In this document: piece after piece, positions 50,791 to 60,429 of the stretch
Layout of the letters: the number at the start of each line of letters is the position of its first letter
Numbering within the stretch: the stretch's first letter is position 1
Origin: an uncultured virus (IMG/VR IMGVR_UViG_3300020051_001048)
Lineage: Duplodnaviria; Heunggongvirae; Uroviricota; Caudoviricetes
Virus record (IMG/VR): IMGVR_UViG_3300020051_001048
Length of the DNA stretch: 64,000 bases
Strand: one strand, 5' to 3'
Notes under the pieces: generated by a model
Told to the model about the DNA's origin: nothing
What the model saw: the letters and a program-made list of their open reading frames with translations, nothing else
Database searches by the model: none
Position numbers and translations under genes: made by a program

Positions 50791-51554
50791 AATTCGATCT
50801 CTATAAACCTTTCAGTTTTAGGTGGAAACTTCTTTTTAATATTATTAACTGCTTCTATTACTTTATTAGATAAGTCTTCCTTTTTATTTAGTGATTCTTG
50901 ACCAAGTGACTTCACTCTAATTATAGCGTAACCACGACTCAAAAGCAAGCCAGATTTGTGTAAATCTGCTTTTATTTGTTTCTGTAGTTTTTCTTCGCCC
51001 CAAATAGGGAGAAAGTGCGAAGGCCCATCTACTTCTATTATAGTTTTTATCTCTGGCAGATAGATGTCAATTTCTAGTTTTTCTGTAGGAATAAGACGTT
51101 TATTATGATGCTCAATTCTGTATCCAGATTCTTCTATTTTATTGCCTATAAACATTTCTAGCTTTGAACCCTCTTGACCGGCTTTTCTGATCGCTTCGGT
51201 AGCGAGTTTAGACATTCTGTCTTTTTGTGCGCTACTCATATTTTGCCATCTTTCTTTTGCTTGAAGAGACCTCTCTTCTTTCTCTTTTTCGGATAGAGAA
51301 CTCCAGTGCGATTCCAAGGAAGAACTAATCTTAACTCTTTCTTCTAAAGATCGCTCTTTACCGGCTGTCGGGTGTTCACATCTACCATTTTCAAGCGCTA
51401 GTTTTTGAGCTTCGCTTTTAGTTTTAAGTGATATACCATGCTTTTTTAAGATTCTTCTAATCTTATTAGGGTACGTATTTAATTCTTCGGCAATTTGATA
51501 AGTACTCTTATTCATATCGCTGTAGAGTGATATGACCTTTTTTTCTAAGTCCAT
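50787..51554 (-). CDS. HTH + DUF559/Vsr-like endonuclease (homing-endonuclease-like)
   Basis: N-terminal HTH (STYQIAEELNTYPNKIRRIL), NUMOD3-like repeats, C-terminal EIDIYLP..IIEVDGPSH. Confidence 0.8.
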   Translation of the reverse strand: MDLEKKVISLYSDMNKSTYQIAEELNTYPNKIRRILKKHGISLKTKSEAQKLALENGRCEHPTAGKERSLEERVKISSSLESHWSSLSEKEKEERSLQAKERWQNMSSAQKDRMSKLATEAIRKAGQEGSKLEMFIGNKIEESGYRIEHHNKRLIPTEKLEIDIYLPEIKTIIEVDGPSHFLPIWGEEKLQKQIKADLHKSGLLLSRGYAIIRVKSLGQESLNKKEDLSNKVIEAVNNIKKKFPPKTERFIEIEL

Positions 51555-52003
51555 TATAACACTTCCTTTAGTTTGTCGATTGTTAGACCGTCCACCAGTA
51601 CAGCGTCTTTACCAGTAATTCTTTTGACGTATTGACGATCTTCTTCTTTTGTTACGATAACTTTGCATGAGTTAATAATTTCGTTCAGCGCAAAAACCGT
51701 TACGTCTGAGACCCCGCTGTACAAAAAGCAAGATGTAAACTTGTTGATAATGTTAGATGCTGTTTTGTAAGTTTCCCAGCTTGTTGTGACCAACTTTCCA
51801 GTAAAAAACCAAAGATCAGTAGAATTAAAAATTCCAAATTTAGGAATCGTAGAATGATAGTCAACATTGTCATAAAATATAGACCCACTCTCTATTTGAT
51901 TTGTCTCTACTGCTGTATTTAGCATTTCAAAAAGCTGCTTGCTATCTTCATTTTCTTTTAAGCTGTCGATATAAAATCCTAAGTTCATATATTGTTCTCC
52001 CAA
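51554..52003 (-). CDS. Hypothetical protein (possibly a degenerate GT-B fragment)
   Basis: 149 aa; real start may be MNLGFY near 51988; coupled to both neighbours. Confidence 0.55.
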   Translation of the reverse strand: MGEQYMNLGFYIDSLKENEDSKQLFEMLNTAVETNQIESGSIFYDNVDYHSTIPKFGIFNSTDLWFFTGKLVTTSWETYKTASNIINKFTSCFLYSGVSDVTVFALNEIINSCKVIVTKEEDRQYVKRITGKDAVLVDGLTIDKLKEVL

Positions 52004-52926
52004 TTATTATCGTTCATAAACCATTCTATTGTTTGTTTAAGTCCATCCTTCCAATATGTTTTTGCTTCAAACCCAAGGACTTCTTTTGCTTTTGTTGTAT
52101 CTAGACAGCGGCGAGGTTGACCGTCTGGATAATCTGAATTAAAATATAAATCTCCTTCATATCCCATAATATGTGATATCTCTGCGGCCAAATCCATAAT
52201 CAATACTTCTTCTCCATTACCAATATTCATTGGTTCTAGAGTTACATCATTTTTGATCGCTAGAGCAATTGCCTCTGCGCAGTCTGGCGCGTACAGAAAC
52301 TCGCGAGAAGCATTACCAGTACCCCATAGCTCAATCTGCTTGTCACCGTTTTTAAGGGCGGTGTAGACCTTCAGAATGAGCGCTGGAATAACATGACTGC
52401 TTGTTAAATTGAAGTGGTCGTGAGGTCCATACATATTCACGGGAATTAAGTTAGCACCCCTCATTCCGTACTGCTCTCCATACGCCTGTAATAGTCGCAT
52501 AAGTGTTTTCTTTGCAATCCCATAAGGAGCATTGGTTTCTTCTGGATATCCATTCCATAATTCATCTTCGTTAAATGGAACAGGTGTGAATTTTGGATAG
52601 GAACAAACTGTACCCAAAAGAATAAACTTGGAGGTATTTTGTACCCTTGCTGCTTCTATTAAGTTAGTACCCATGATTAAATTTTCATACATAAACTTTC
52701 CGGGGTTATCACGATTAGCGCCGATACCACCAACCGAACCTGCTGCATGTACGATAATGTCTGGGTTATAATACTCTAGCACTTTCCTACAAGCGTGTTG
52801 ATTTCTAAGATCGTACTGACTAGAACCTATAAAAGACACGCCATAATCTACCCCTAAAATTCTAGGCAAATGATCGTAAAGGTTCTTACCTAAGAACCCT
52901 GATCCACCTGTTATTAATACCCTCAT
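51985..52926 (-). CDS. fcl: GDP-L-fucose synthase family NAD(P)-dependent epimerase/reductase
   Basis: TGGSGFLG, HAAGSVGGIGAN, GTVCSYPK, YGIAKK, SHVIPALI, WGTG..SREFLY, DGQPRRCLD motifs. Confidence 0.92.
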   Translation of the reverse strand: MRVLITGGSGFLGKNLYDHLPRILGVDYGVSFIGSSQYDLRNQHACRKVLEYYNPDIIVHAAGSVGGIGANRDNPGKFMYENLIMGTNLIEAARVQNTSKFILLGTVCSYPKFTPVPFNEDELWNGYPEETNAPYGIAKKTLMRLLQAYGEQYGMRGANLIPVNMYGPHDHFNLTSSHVIPALILKVYTALKNGDKQIELWGTGNASREFLYAPDCAEAIALAIKNDVTLEPMNIGNGEEVLIMDLAAEISHIMGYEGDLYFNSDYPDGQPRRCLDTTKAKEVLGFEAKTYWKDGLKQTIEWFMNDNNWENNI

Positions 52927-52933
52927 ATATAAT

Positions 52934-52976
52934 CCTCCTTACTATTATTATAGTTTAGGAAATATTTCTTTTTCAA
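52934..52976 (-). promoter_or_regulatory. Sigma70-type promoter and strong RBS for fcl and downstream genes
   Basis: Minus strand TTGAAA(52976-52971)-N18-TATAAT(52952-52947), then AAGGAGG(52940-52934) 7 nt before ATG. Confidence 0.65.
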
Positions 52977-53785
52977 GATTGTTCTGTCTTAATTCTAATT
53001 TTTTCTGATATTTCTTTTGCAATTGGGCAATTTCCAGTAATATTTAGTTTTCTGTAGCATGGTTGATCGTAAACCAGTCTTGGGTAATGGCCTTGATCTG
53101 GACCTCTTATGCCTAACTCTGCTTTTATCCCAACCATATGTATTTTCATTTGTTCTAAAGCCATAAGGCATAATGGCTCTGCCATTCTAAAATTAAAACC
53201 AACGTATTCATGGTTATATTTTCCAACCTGTCCTTGGTCGCATATTGATCTAATTTTATTGCCATCTAATTTAGATTTTTTGGGTATGCATATCATACCC
53301 CCTTCAAATGTTGAGATGTTTTTTGTTTTGTAGAACGAGAATGTTCCTACATCTCCATTCATTCCAGCGTAATTTCCTTCTCTATCAGTCGCGCCAAATG
53401 CCTGAGATGTATCTTCTATAACTATTAAGTTATATTTTTCTGCAATTCTGTTTATTTCTTTCATATTACAAACTCGACCGTAAAGATGAACGGGCATGAT
53501 TGCTTTAGTATTTTTTGTAATAGCTGCTTCTATTTTAGAGGCGTCTATCAGATAAGTAGATGGGTCAATATCTACAAACACAGGTTTTGCTTTACTGATA
53601 AGTATAGAATTAGACGAGGCAATAAACGTAAAGGGTGTCGTTATAACTTCGTCTGTGTTTTTAAGATCCATTGACCAAAGCGGAGCAATTAGAGCAGACG
53701 TTCCATTGTTGACAGCTATACAATCCTTTAGATCAAACCTCTCCTTGACGTATTCTTCAAAAATATTTCTAACTATTTGTGGCAT
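52973..53785 (-). CDS. DegT/DnrJ/EryC1/StrS sugar aminotransferase (WlbC/WbpE-like), shortened
   Basis: VNNGTSAL, EVITTPFTFIAS, PVHLYG, IEDTSQAFG, SFYKTKN (PLP Lys), GFNFRM; start at ATG 53785 after AAGGTG. Confidence 0.88.
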   Translation of the reverse strand: MPQIVRNIFEEYVKERFDLKDCIAVNNGTSALIAPLWSMDLKNTDEVITTPFTFIASSNSILISKAKPVFVDIDPSTYLIDASKIEAAITKNTKAIMPVHLYGRVCNMKEINRIAEKYNLIVIEDTSQAFGATDREGNYAGMNGDVGTFSFYKTKNISTFEGGMICIPKKSKLDGNKIRSICDQGQVGKYNHEYVGFNFRMAEPLCLMALEQMKIHMVGIKAELGIRGPDQGHYPRLVYDQPCYRKLNITGNCPIAKEISEKIRIKTEQS

Positions 53786-53810
53786 TTTATTCACCTTATT
53801 AGATTAAAGT

Positions 53811-54284
53811 TTAATTTCTGTATGTTTTTCTTACTTTTGCAGGATTTCCATAAGCAATAACATTGCTAGGTATATCCTCTGTTACAACTGATCCAGCGCC
53901 TATTATACTAAGATTACCTATTGTAGTACCACAAACTATAGTGGTATTAGCCCCTGTGCTACAGCCTTTTTTAAATAGAGTTTTTTTAAATCTTTCTTTT
54001 TTCCAATCTCCATAAACGCTTGGTAGTATATCATTGGTTGTTACGGTGTTAGGCCCAATGAAAACATCGTCTTCTATAATAACCCCTTCATAAATTAAGC
54101 TATGATTTTGTATTTTACATCCATTTCCGATTATTACATTTGGTCCGATGTATACACCTTCTCCTATAATGCAGTTGCTTCCTATCCTAGCTCCTTTGCA
54201 AATGTGAGAAAATGCCCATACTTTAGATTTTTTTCCAATAAAACTTGTTTCTATGATTGAAGTTTCATGAGCAAAGTAATTCAT
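53811..54284 (-). CDS. Hexapeptide-repeat sugar N-acetyltransferase (WlbB/WbpD-like)
   Basis: KVWAFSHI..GCKIQNHSLIYEGVIIEDDVFIGP..TND..GAGSVVT..YGNPA. Confidence 0.88.
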   Translation of the reverse strand: MNYFAHETSIIETSFIGKKSKVWAFSHICKGARIGSNCIIGEGVYIGPNVIIGNGCKIQNHSLIYEGVIIEDDVFIGPNTVTTNDILPSVYGDWKKERFKKTLFKKGCSTGANTTIVCGTTIGNLSIIGAGSVVTEDIPSNVIAYGNPAKVRKTYRN

Positions 54285-54286
54285 AA

Positions 54287-55105
54287 TTAAATTTCCACTT
54301 GATTTATATTAATTAAAAGATCATGAGATTTTTTACAGTTTATGTATTCAGGATTTTCCGAAAAAAAGTTTCTATGTTCATTCTCTATTGGTGAAGATTT
54401 TTCAACGAATAGCGATTGAGATATGTGGTGTCCGTTAGACTCCCAGTGCTTCACTACAGATTGCTCCTGTAGATCTACCTCGTAGGTACAGTCATTTTGC
54501 CTAACAATGATTTTACGTTCCTTAAAAAATGTGTCTTTACTCCATATCATTCTAATCAAAGGTTCGTATGACAAAAAAACAGTTGTTTGATCTACACTTA
54601 CTATATTATAGTCAATTACTTCTTGTAAATCAAGTAGATAAAAAAGTAAATCTATATCATGGATTCCTATGTCCTCAAAGATTGAAACTTTTGAAGACTG
54701 AGATGAAACACAACATCTACTAAAATCAATATTAATTACTTTACTTCGATCTATTAGCGATTTTAATGTTTGTATGGCTGGATTAAATCTTTCAACCATA
54801 CCTACTATAACCTTGTCGTCTAACATTATTTCATTAACGTGCGAAGCGGTCAAGGCTACAGGCTTTTCTATGAAAATATATCCATCATAACCAGAGTCTC
54901 TAACTTTTTTGTAGATATCATAATGGCTATACTCAGGAGATGCTATTAACACTCTATCAAAACTTGGCGACTGTTCAATATGTGACTCTTTTTCTTTTGG
55001 ACCCGTTCCTTGAGGGTCGCACCATCGCCATTTTATATTATTTTTCGTTAAATATTTAGCGTGAATTTTTCCTATATTGCCTAATCCAATAATCAAACAC
55101 TCCAC
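54287..55105 (-). CDS. Gfo/Idh/MocA oxidoreductase (WlbA/WbpB-like)
   Basis: IIGLGNIGKIH, IEKPVA, VGMVERFNPA, DIGIHDID motifs. Confidence 0.85.
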   Translation of the reverse strand: MECLIIGLGNIGKIHAKYLTKNNIKWRWCDPQGTGPKEKESHIEQSPSFDRVLIASPEYSHYDIYKKVRDSGYDGYIFIEKPVALTASHVNEIMLDDKVIVGMVERFNPAIQTLKSLIDRSKVINIDFSRCCVSSQSSKVSIFEDIGIHDIDLLFYLLDLQEVIDYNIVSVDQTTVFLSYEPLIRMIWSKDTFFKERKIIVRQNDCTYEVDLQEQSVVKHWESNGHHISQSLFVEKSSPIENEHRNFFSENPEYINCKKSHDLLININQVEI

Positions 55106-55941
55106 ATTAAATCTCCTATTAGCTTGTTTATATATTGACTATAATGTTCATATGGTCTATGACTATGATACTCAGAATAATGTCCACTTCTTAGTTTTTC
55201 AGTATCATAGTTAACATTTTGTCCACCCCTGTCAATTCTGCTAGGATGCCAGTAATCGTAGAAAAATTCTGACAAGTGAAATATATCTTCTTTTTCGTGA
55301 GAAAATATAAAATCAGACGAATAACACTCATCAAGTCCCCAAAAAGTCTGCTGGTTTGTGTGATGGTATTTATTCCTATGAGAAAAAACTTTAGTAATTT
55401 CTTTTTCCCAGTCGTCTTCAATCTTGTACACTTCTTTATATAGACTACCTTTTGCCACATGATGAGAAGAAGGAAAGTAAGAAGCAGGAGATCGTTTAAC
55501 TAGCGGAGAGTCATTGTCGGGAGAAAACATGTAACCTAAAGTTTGAGGTGTATAGTTTTTATATGCATCAGCAAAACCTATTACGTATTTGTCTTCATCA
55601 ACATTTTTAACATAATCCAAAAAAAAGTTGGTTAGCAATAGTTGGTCAATGCCACACGTCATACAGACTTCTGACGGAAATTTCGCTGCCGCCCAAAAAA
55701 TCGACCAAGTTACAGACCAATCAAGGTTTTTATATACAGAAACGCTATCCACAACTGGTACTACTATTATTTCCCCGTACTTGTCAGATAGGTTTAAATC
55801 TTTTAGTTCTTGATGTGTTCCATTAAAAACTAATGTCGGTGTAATATTCCACTTTTCTTGCCAAACTCTAGAATATAAATTCCAAAAGCTAGAATATATA
55901 ATATTATTATTCAAGCAAAGCATTACTCTATCTATTTTCAT
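55093..55941 (-). CDS. Putative glycosyltransferase-like protein
   Basis: 282 aa in the glycan island; VCMTCGID, WGLDE, RIDR, EYHSHRP pattern suggestive of GT-A fold. Confidence 0.45.
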   Translation of the reverse strand: MKIDRVMLCLNNNIIYSSFWNLYSRVWQEKWNITPTLVFNGTHQELKDLNLSDKYGEIIVVPVVDSVSVYKNLDWSVTWSIFWAAAKFPSEVCMTCGIDQLLLTNFFLDYVKNVDEDKYVIGFADAYKNYTPQTLGYMFSPDNDSPLVKRSPASYFPSSHHVAKGSLYKEVYKIEDDWEKEITKVFSHRNKYHHTNQQTFWGLDECYSSDFIFSHEKEDIFHLSEFFYDYWHPSRIDRGGQNVNYDTEKLRSGHYSEYHSHRPYEHYSQYINKLIGDLMWSV

Positions 55942-56779
55942 CTAAAATCTCCAATATTCTTTGTGTCCTATTTTTATATGTATGGTTTTGTTTAACTAAG
56001 TTATAACCCGCCTTGCTAATGTCTTCTCTATAAGTATGATTTTGGATGGCGTGTTTTGCATAGCCAACCATTTGAATAGAATCTTGATAAATTAAACAAT
56101 TTTCCCCGTGTATAATACCTAGTTCTGCATAGTCTGGATGTGCCGATGTGAGCAAACAAGTATGACATCCCATAGTCTCAAAGTTCCGATAATTAATATC
56201 TACGCTAATATTTGCGTTCCAGTGTATCTGGTAAGAGTTAATCGCTCTAACCATATCATCACCGATAACCATTTCGTCAAATACAAATCCCGGAACATTT
56301 GCTTTCATTAAATCAATTTGTAATTTTCTGTTTACTACGTTTCCGCAAAAGCCAATCGGAATACGATTATAGTAACTATTTTCTATTGGATGTAATAGAG
56401 TATCGTCGTAACAGTTTGGTAGCCAGCACCCGTCTTTAGCAAATTTTTTTGTAGCATGTAGAACCTTGTCAAATCCATATTGTTCATAAACCTGTGGACC
56501 CTTGCAATGTGCGTCAATTGCCCAGATAAATTTCTTGGTGTGTACTTTACTCATGTCTGGCATCCAGTCCCAGTTTTCAATCGCAAACACCAAATCAAAG
56601 TGACTGAAGTATTGGTCGTACATTCGCTGGTCTGGATTTGGATCGAAATCATCGTGACCCTTTCCCCAAATTTCTACTGTAGCACCATGATACTCAAATC
56701 CACGCTTGAGACAAAAGCACTCTCTAAAGTTCCTATTTTTTTCATGGTGACCGTTTTCTTGGATAATTAAAATGTTCAA
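55928..56779 (-). CDS. CgeB/Glyco_trans_1_2-type glycosyltransferase
   Basis: WLPNCYD, IGFCGN, INYRNFETMGC, HTYKNR motifs; TTG start. Confidence 0.8.
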   Translation of the reverse strand: MNILIIQENGHHEKNRNFRECFCLKRGFEYHGATVEIWGKGHDDFDPNPDQRMYDQYFSHFDLVFAIENWDWMPDMSKVHTKKFIWAIDAHCKGPQVYEQYGFDKVLHATKKFAKDGCWLPNCYDDTLLHPIENSYYNRIPIGFCGNVVNRKLQIDLMKANVPGFVFDEMVIGDDMVRAINSYQIHWNANISVDINYRNFETMGCHTCLLTSAHPDYAELGIIHGENCLIYQDSIQMVGYAKHAIQNHTYREDISKAGYNLVKQNHTYKNRTQRILEILDENR

Positions 56780-57402
56780 AATTGCGTAACCTCATTTTCA
56801 TCGTACACCTGACCAACAAAATCTTGTAAATTTTTCCTTGGGGTTGGGAATGGTTTTCTTTCAAAGTATTCGTCGTGGACTATGCTATCATCTTTTACTA
56901 AAGGATATACTATCTCTCGTAAAAAGTTTTGATCTACCTGATATTTATTATCATACGACCCAGTATTGTAGTTAGCTATCATGTCCTTAATTCCATTTAA
57001 AAGACCATTGCGAACCCCCCACATACCGCCAAGAATCTCTGTCTTATGATATGGGTGGTCACGCATAATGTGGAAGTCTTTGTCACTGGCAAGCCATTCA
57101 TCAACGGCGGCTTTTTCTCTAGTTCCAAGACGAGAGTCTGTATCTCTAGAGATCATAATATCGTCACTGTCGGCAGCGAAAAAACGCCAGAACATTCCAT
57201 TCCAACTTGAGCCATCCATTTTACAGACTTCTGCACCATTGTCAATAAGTTGATTTTCAATATCTTCTGAAACATCATCGCCAGTGTAGAATCTACAAAT
57301 CCAGCCCGGATAAATTTCTTTTGCTAATTCTGTGTTACGTATAGCACCTATTGTATATTTCGGATTTTTACCCCACAAACTAAATGCAATAACTTTAGTC
57401 AT
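56776..57402 (-). CDS. GT-A-like protein
   Basis: IAFSLWG..KY..GAIRN, GMFWRF, SRDTDSRL, MRDHPYH..ILGGMWG, DQNFL motifs. Confidence 0.65.
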   Translation of the reverse strand: MTKVIAFSLWGKNPKYTIGAIRNTELAKEIYPGWICRFYTGDDVSEDIENQLIDNGAEVCKMDGSSWNGMFWRFFAADSDDIMISRDTDSRLGTREKAAVDEWLASDKDFHIMRDHPYHKTEILGGMWGVRNGLLNGIKDMIANYNTGSYDNKYQVDQNFLREIVYPLVKDDSIVHDEYFERKPFPTPRKNLQDFVGQVYDENEVTQF

Positions 57403-58111
57403 TTGTTATCCTTTGCTTAGGAAATCCCAACTCTTTTCTCTTCTCAAAAACCATTTGGTCTCTACCAGCATAATGTAGAGTTTTCTTAGCTGATAGATCA
57501 AAGTCTCCCGAATTACTATTTCCTTCTTCGCCGTAATGCTCATGTTTAATTATAATGCGGTCAATATATTTAGCTCTGTTAAGTCTATATACCTGCTGAG
57601 TAAATTCATCATCGCAATATAAACTCTTATAATCTGGATGGTAAATATATCCGAAATAATCATATAGCTTTCTACCCAATATAGAAAGAGTTATCAACTT
57701 TCCTTTTTGATGCCCGTCAGAATAATGAAGGGCGCCATCTCTGTGTGGGAAATGAGTTTGCATATCTGTAGCGATAATGTCATCCCACCCCTCTTCCTGC
57801 GGTATCATATCATCTGATGCGCAAATTACAATATCAAAATCAAAAAATCTTGCGTCAATATGGCTGTTGATAGCGGATATCTTGGTCGTATTTTTATCAA
57901 ACTTTAAACTAAATGTACAATTATCTTTTTCTTGAAACAAACCGCAGACATCTGCTACAAATTTACTGTTATTACAGAGATCGTCGTCTTCGTCACAGTT
58001 AATATTAAAATGTAGCTCATGTTTAGAGCTATACGTAGAGAGATATTTTTCTAGGCACTTAGTAAATTTCTCAGGTCTAGCATATGTAGGAAACTGAATC
58101 AATATTTTCAT
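57395..58111 (-). CDS. GT2-like glycosyltransferase
   Basis: FPTYARP, ASDDMIP (DxD-like), YKSLYCDDEF, IIKHEH. Confidence 0.8.
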   Translation of the reverse strand: MKILIQFPTYARPEKFTKCLEKYLSTYSSKHELHFNINCDEDDDLCNNSKFVADVCGLFQEKDNCTFSLKFDKNTTKISAINSHIDARFFDFDIVICASDDMIPQEEGWDDIIATDMQTHFPHRDGALHYSDGHQKGKLITLSILGRKLYDYFGYIYHPDYKSLYCDDEFTQQVYRLNRAKYIDRIIIKHEHYGEEGNSNSGDFDLSAKKTLHYAGRDQMVFEKRKELGFPKQRITND

Positions 58112-58965
58112 TTAACTTTTTCTTCAATCTTTTTGAGTAGTTGTTTGGATCTGACGTTAGAGGTGTGCTTCAGCATCACTTGGCTCTTAATCTTTTCTAA
58201 AATATTTGACTCATCAACATCTTCTTCATCTAGTATTTCAGACAAGAACTTTGATAAATTTTCTGAGTCTTGTATTTTCAGCGAAACATCTTCTGAATTT
58301 AAAATGCTATCAAAGAAAATCTGACCACATAGATCTTTTGTTTTCCCGCACAATGTAATATTCTTATAATTTCTATATATTGGTTTCATTGTGACGGTGT
58401 TTACAAAGAAGTCAAAATCGGGATCTTTCTCATGACTAATTTTAATCTTATGGTATACTTCTTTTTTTGAACATAATTTTTGATATTCTTCAGAGTTTTC
58501 AACGGCGAGAACAGCACTGTCAATATTAAATTTAGGTGTTGATATTTGAATTTCATCAATGTTAGCTGCTGGTAGAAGTTTAAACAGTTCGTGTTTTTTT
58601 GGTTTTACTGATTCCATGAAGTCATAAGCATTAGAAATCATAAACAAACAATTTATATTAAATTGATCTATAATGCTCTCTAATTTGTCTAAATCTTCTT
58701 GAGATTCCAAGCCGCTAATACTGAGAATTACTTTGATGTTTTTTTCTTGATTTGTTGATAGATACTTAACAATATCTTTGTTCATAAGCCCAAAGTGACA
58801 GATAAGAATGTCTGGCTCAGTTCTATCTAACATATCATATGCGCTGTAACGGTTTACCTCCCATAGTCCGCTCTGGTGATCTGACGGATGGCTATTGATT
58901 CCATTGCTTAGATAGTATGGCTCACTAGAAGTTGGGGTTGTATAATTTTGTATTAGAATTTTCAT
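58108..58965 (-). CDS. Divergent GT-B-like protein
   Basis: MKILIQ N-terminus, PDILI, KHTSNVR C-terminus resembling the CgeB-type ending. Confidence 0.45.
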   Translation of the reverse strand: MKILIQNYTTPTSSEPYYLSNGINSHPSDHQSGLWEVNRYSAYDMLDRTEPDILICHFGLMNKDIVKYLSTNQEKNIKVILSISGLESQEDLDKLESIIDQFNINCLFMISNAYDFMESVKPKKHELFKLLPAANIDEIQISTPKFNIDSAVLAVENSEEYQKLCSKKEVYHKIKISHEKDPDFDFFVNTVTMKPIYRNYKNITLCGKTKDLCGQIFFDSILNSEDVSLKIQDSENLSKFLSEILDEEDVDESNILEKIKSQVMLKHTSNVRSKQLLKKIEEKVK

Positions 58966-59693
58966 ACCGAGTCCTTTATACTTTTTAAGTTATTATATTT
59001 CTTTACTTGTCTTTCTAGATTTTTTATAACAGCTACTTCATAGTTTCTTGAGAAGTCATTTATGGCTTCAAATAAAAATTTTGTCTTATAGTTAATATTA
59101 GAAATTATTTCATAAAATTTATTTACTTCTCTTTCACCGCATAGATAAAAATTCTCAATCCAATAGTTATCTTTTAATCCAAGTGAAAGATTTTGCAATT
59201 TATAATTGTGGTTTATAGCTGAAATTTCAAACAGAGAATTAGAATTAGTATCTTGAGTTATGATTGAATTTTTAGTATAGTCAATCTGCGAGTAATTCTC
59301 TTTAGAAAGTATTGTATTACATTGCTGTATGAAGATCCTAGAATTATTAGTATTTCCCAAACATAGTCTAATACTTTCACAACAATTAGTATTGTAATGT
59401 ATCTGATTTTCAACAACTCTTACGTTATCAAATAATCCATCTTTAATGTGGCTATTTATTTTAAATGACTCAAACCCCGTACATACGATTATTTCATAAT
59501 TTACAAAACAAGACTTGATTGTTTCAATTTGTTTTTCCAGAATGGTCTTTTCACCAATCTTAATCATTGGGATTGGGCCATGAGACTTCATTCTATATCC
59601 ATGATTTTCAGCAAGAATTATAAAGGTTATAAACTCTTTTATATCCTTGCGTTGCCTATTTCTAGGGCTTGTTATACAGAATTTATTTTTCAT
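58962..59693 (-). CDS. Nucleotidyltransferase-fold protein (NTP_transferase, degenerate)
   Basis: IILAENHGYRMKSHGP..TILEKQIE..EIIVCTGF; canonical LAAG/PK altered. Confidence 0.7.
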   Translation of the reverse strand: MKNKFCITSPRNRQRKDIKEFITFIILAENHGYRMKSHGPIPMIKIGEKTILEKQIETIKSCFVNYEIIVCTGFESFKINSHIKDGLFDNVRVVENQIHYNTNCCESIRLCLGNTNNSRIFIQQCNTILSKENYSQIDYTKNSIITQDTNSNSLFEISAINHNYKLQNLSLGLKDNYWIENFYLCGEREVNKFYEIISNINYKTKFLFEAINDFSRNYEVAVIKNLERQVKKYNNLKSIKDSV

Positions 59694-60429
59694 TGATATT
59701 TTTATAAAATTGAGATCCTTTAATCATCTTTCTAATATCTGATTCCATCATATCGTAATTATTGAAATCTAGATAACGAGATTTAACAATTTTTGAGGAT
59801 ATGGTGAGGTTTCCGCTTGAATCTTCAAACACAAGTATCTTTTCTAAATCTTTATTTATAGAAGCGTTTATATTACTTAAATAGTTTTTGTCTATTGTAG
59901 AACCCGCTTTGAGTTGCATGAGATAATTAGACTTTGATAGATATTTAAACGAATCAAAGTCTTTGATGTGTTGAACATTATTAAAATTGAATACAACTTT
60001 ATTATTAATATCTTCTGCTTTTAATTGATGAGAAAGCAATACAAATTTTGATACTTCTTCTTTTTTTGCGGTACACTGTACTACTACGGCAAATTTGTTC
60101 TTAGGGTAGTCAATATTTTTTATAGAATCAATTGACTTTTGCATGTCCTCAAGGCTATCTTTTACAACAAGCACGATACCAACAGATGGATAAATATTTA
60201 GCAGGTCTTCTTCAAGTGAAGAGTCTTTATTGTTATTTAGATTGCAAACTCTACTTATACTGTAAAATTTACCTTCTTCATTTATCTCTGCTTGTTGGTT
60301 TTCTTTAAACTTATCTAGTCTATTCGCAGAGCATCCTACTTGAATATTTTCTACTATAGCATACTTACACCCTTCACAGGAAGTTGTTATACTAAGATCT
60401 GACTGCTGAGATTTCATATCTAAATCCAT
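59683..60429 (-). CDS. Cys-motif + degenerate GT2-like protein
   Basis: N-terminal CEGC..C..C; PSVGIVL..SIDSIKNIDYPK GT2-like start; no DxD seen. Confidence 0.5.
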   Translation of the reverse strand: MDLDMKSQQSDLSITTSCEGCKYAIVENIQVGCSANRLDKFKENQQAEINEEGKFYSISRVCNLNNNKDSSLEEDLLNIYPSVGIVLVVKDSLEDMQKSIDSIKNIDYPKNKFAVVVQCTAKKEEVSKFVLLSHQLKAEDINNKVVFNFNNVQHIKDFDSFKYLSKSNYLMQLKAGSTIDKNYLSNINASINKDLEKILVFEDSSGNLTISSKIVKSRYLDFNNYDMMESDIRKMIKGSQFYKNINEK

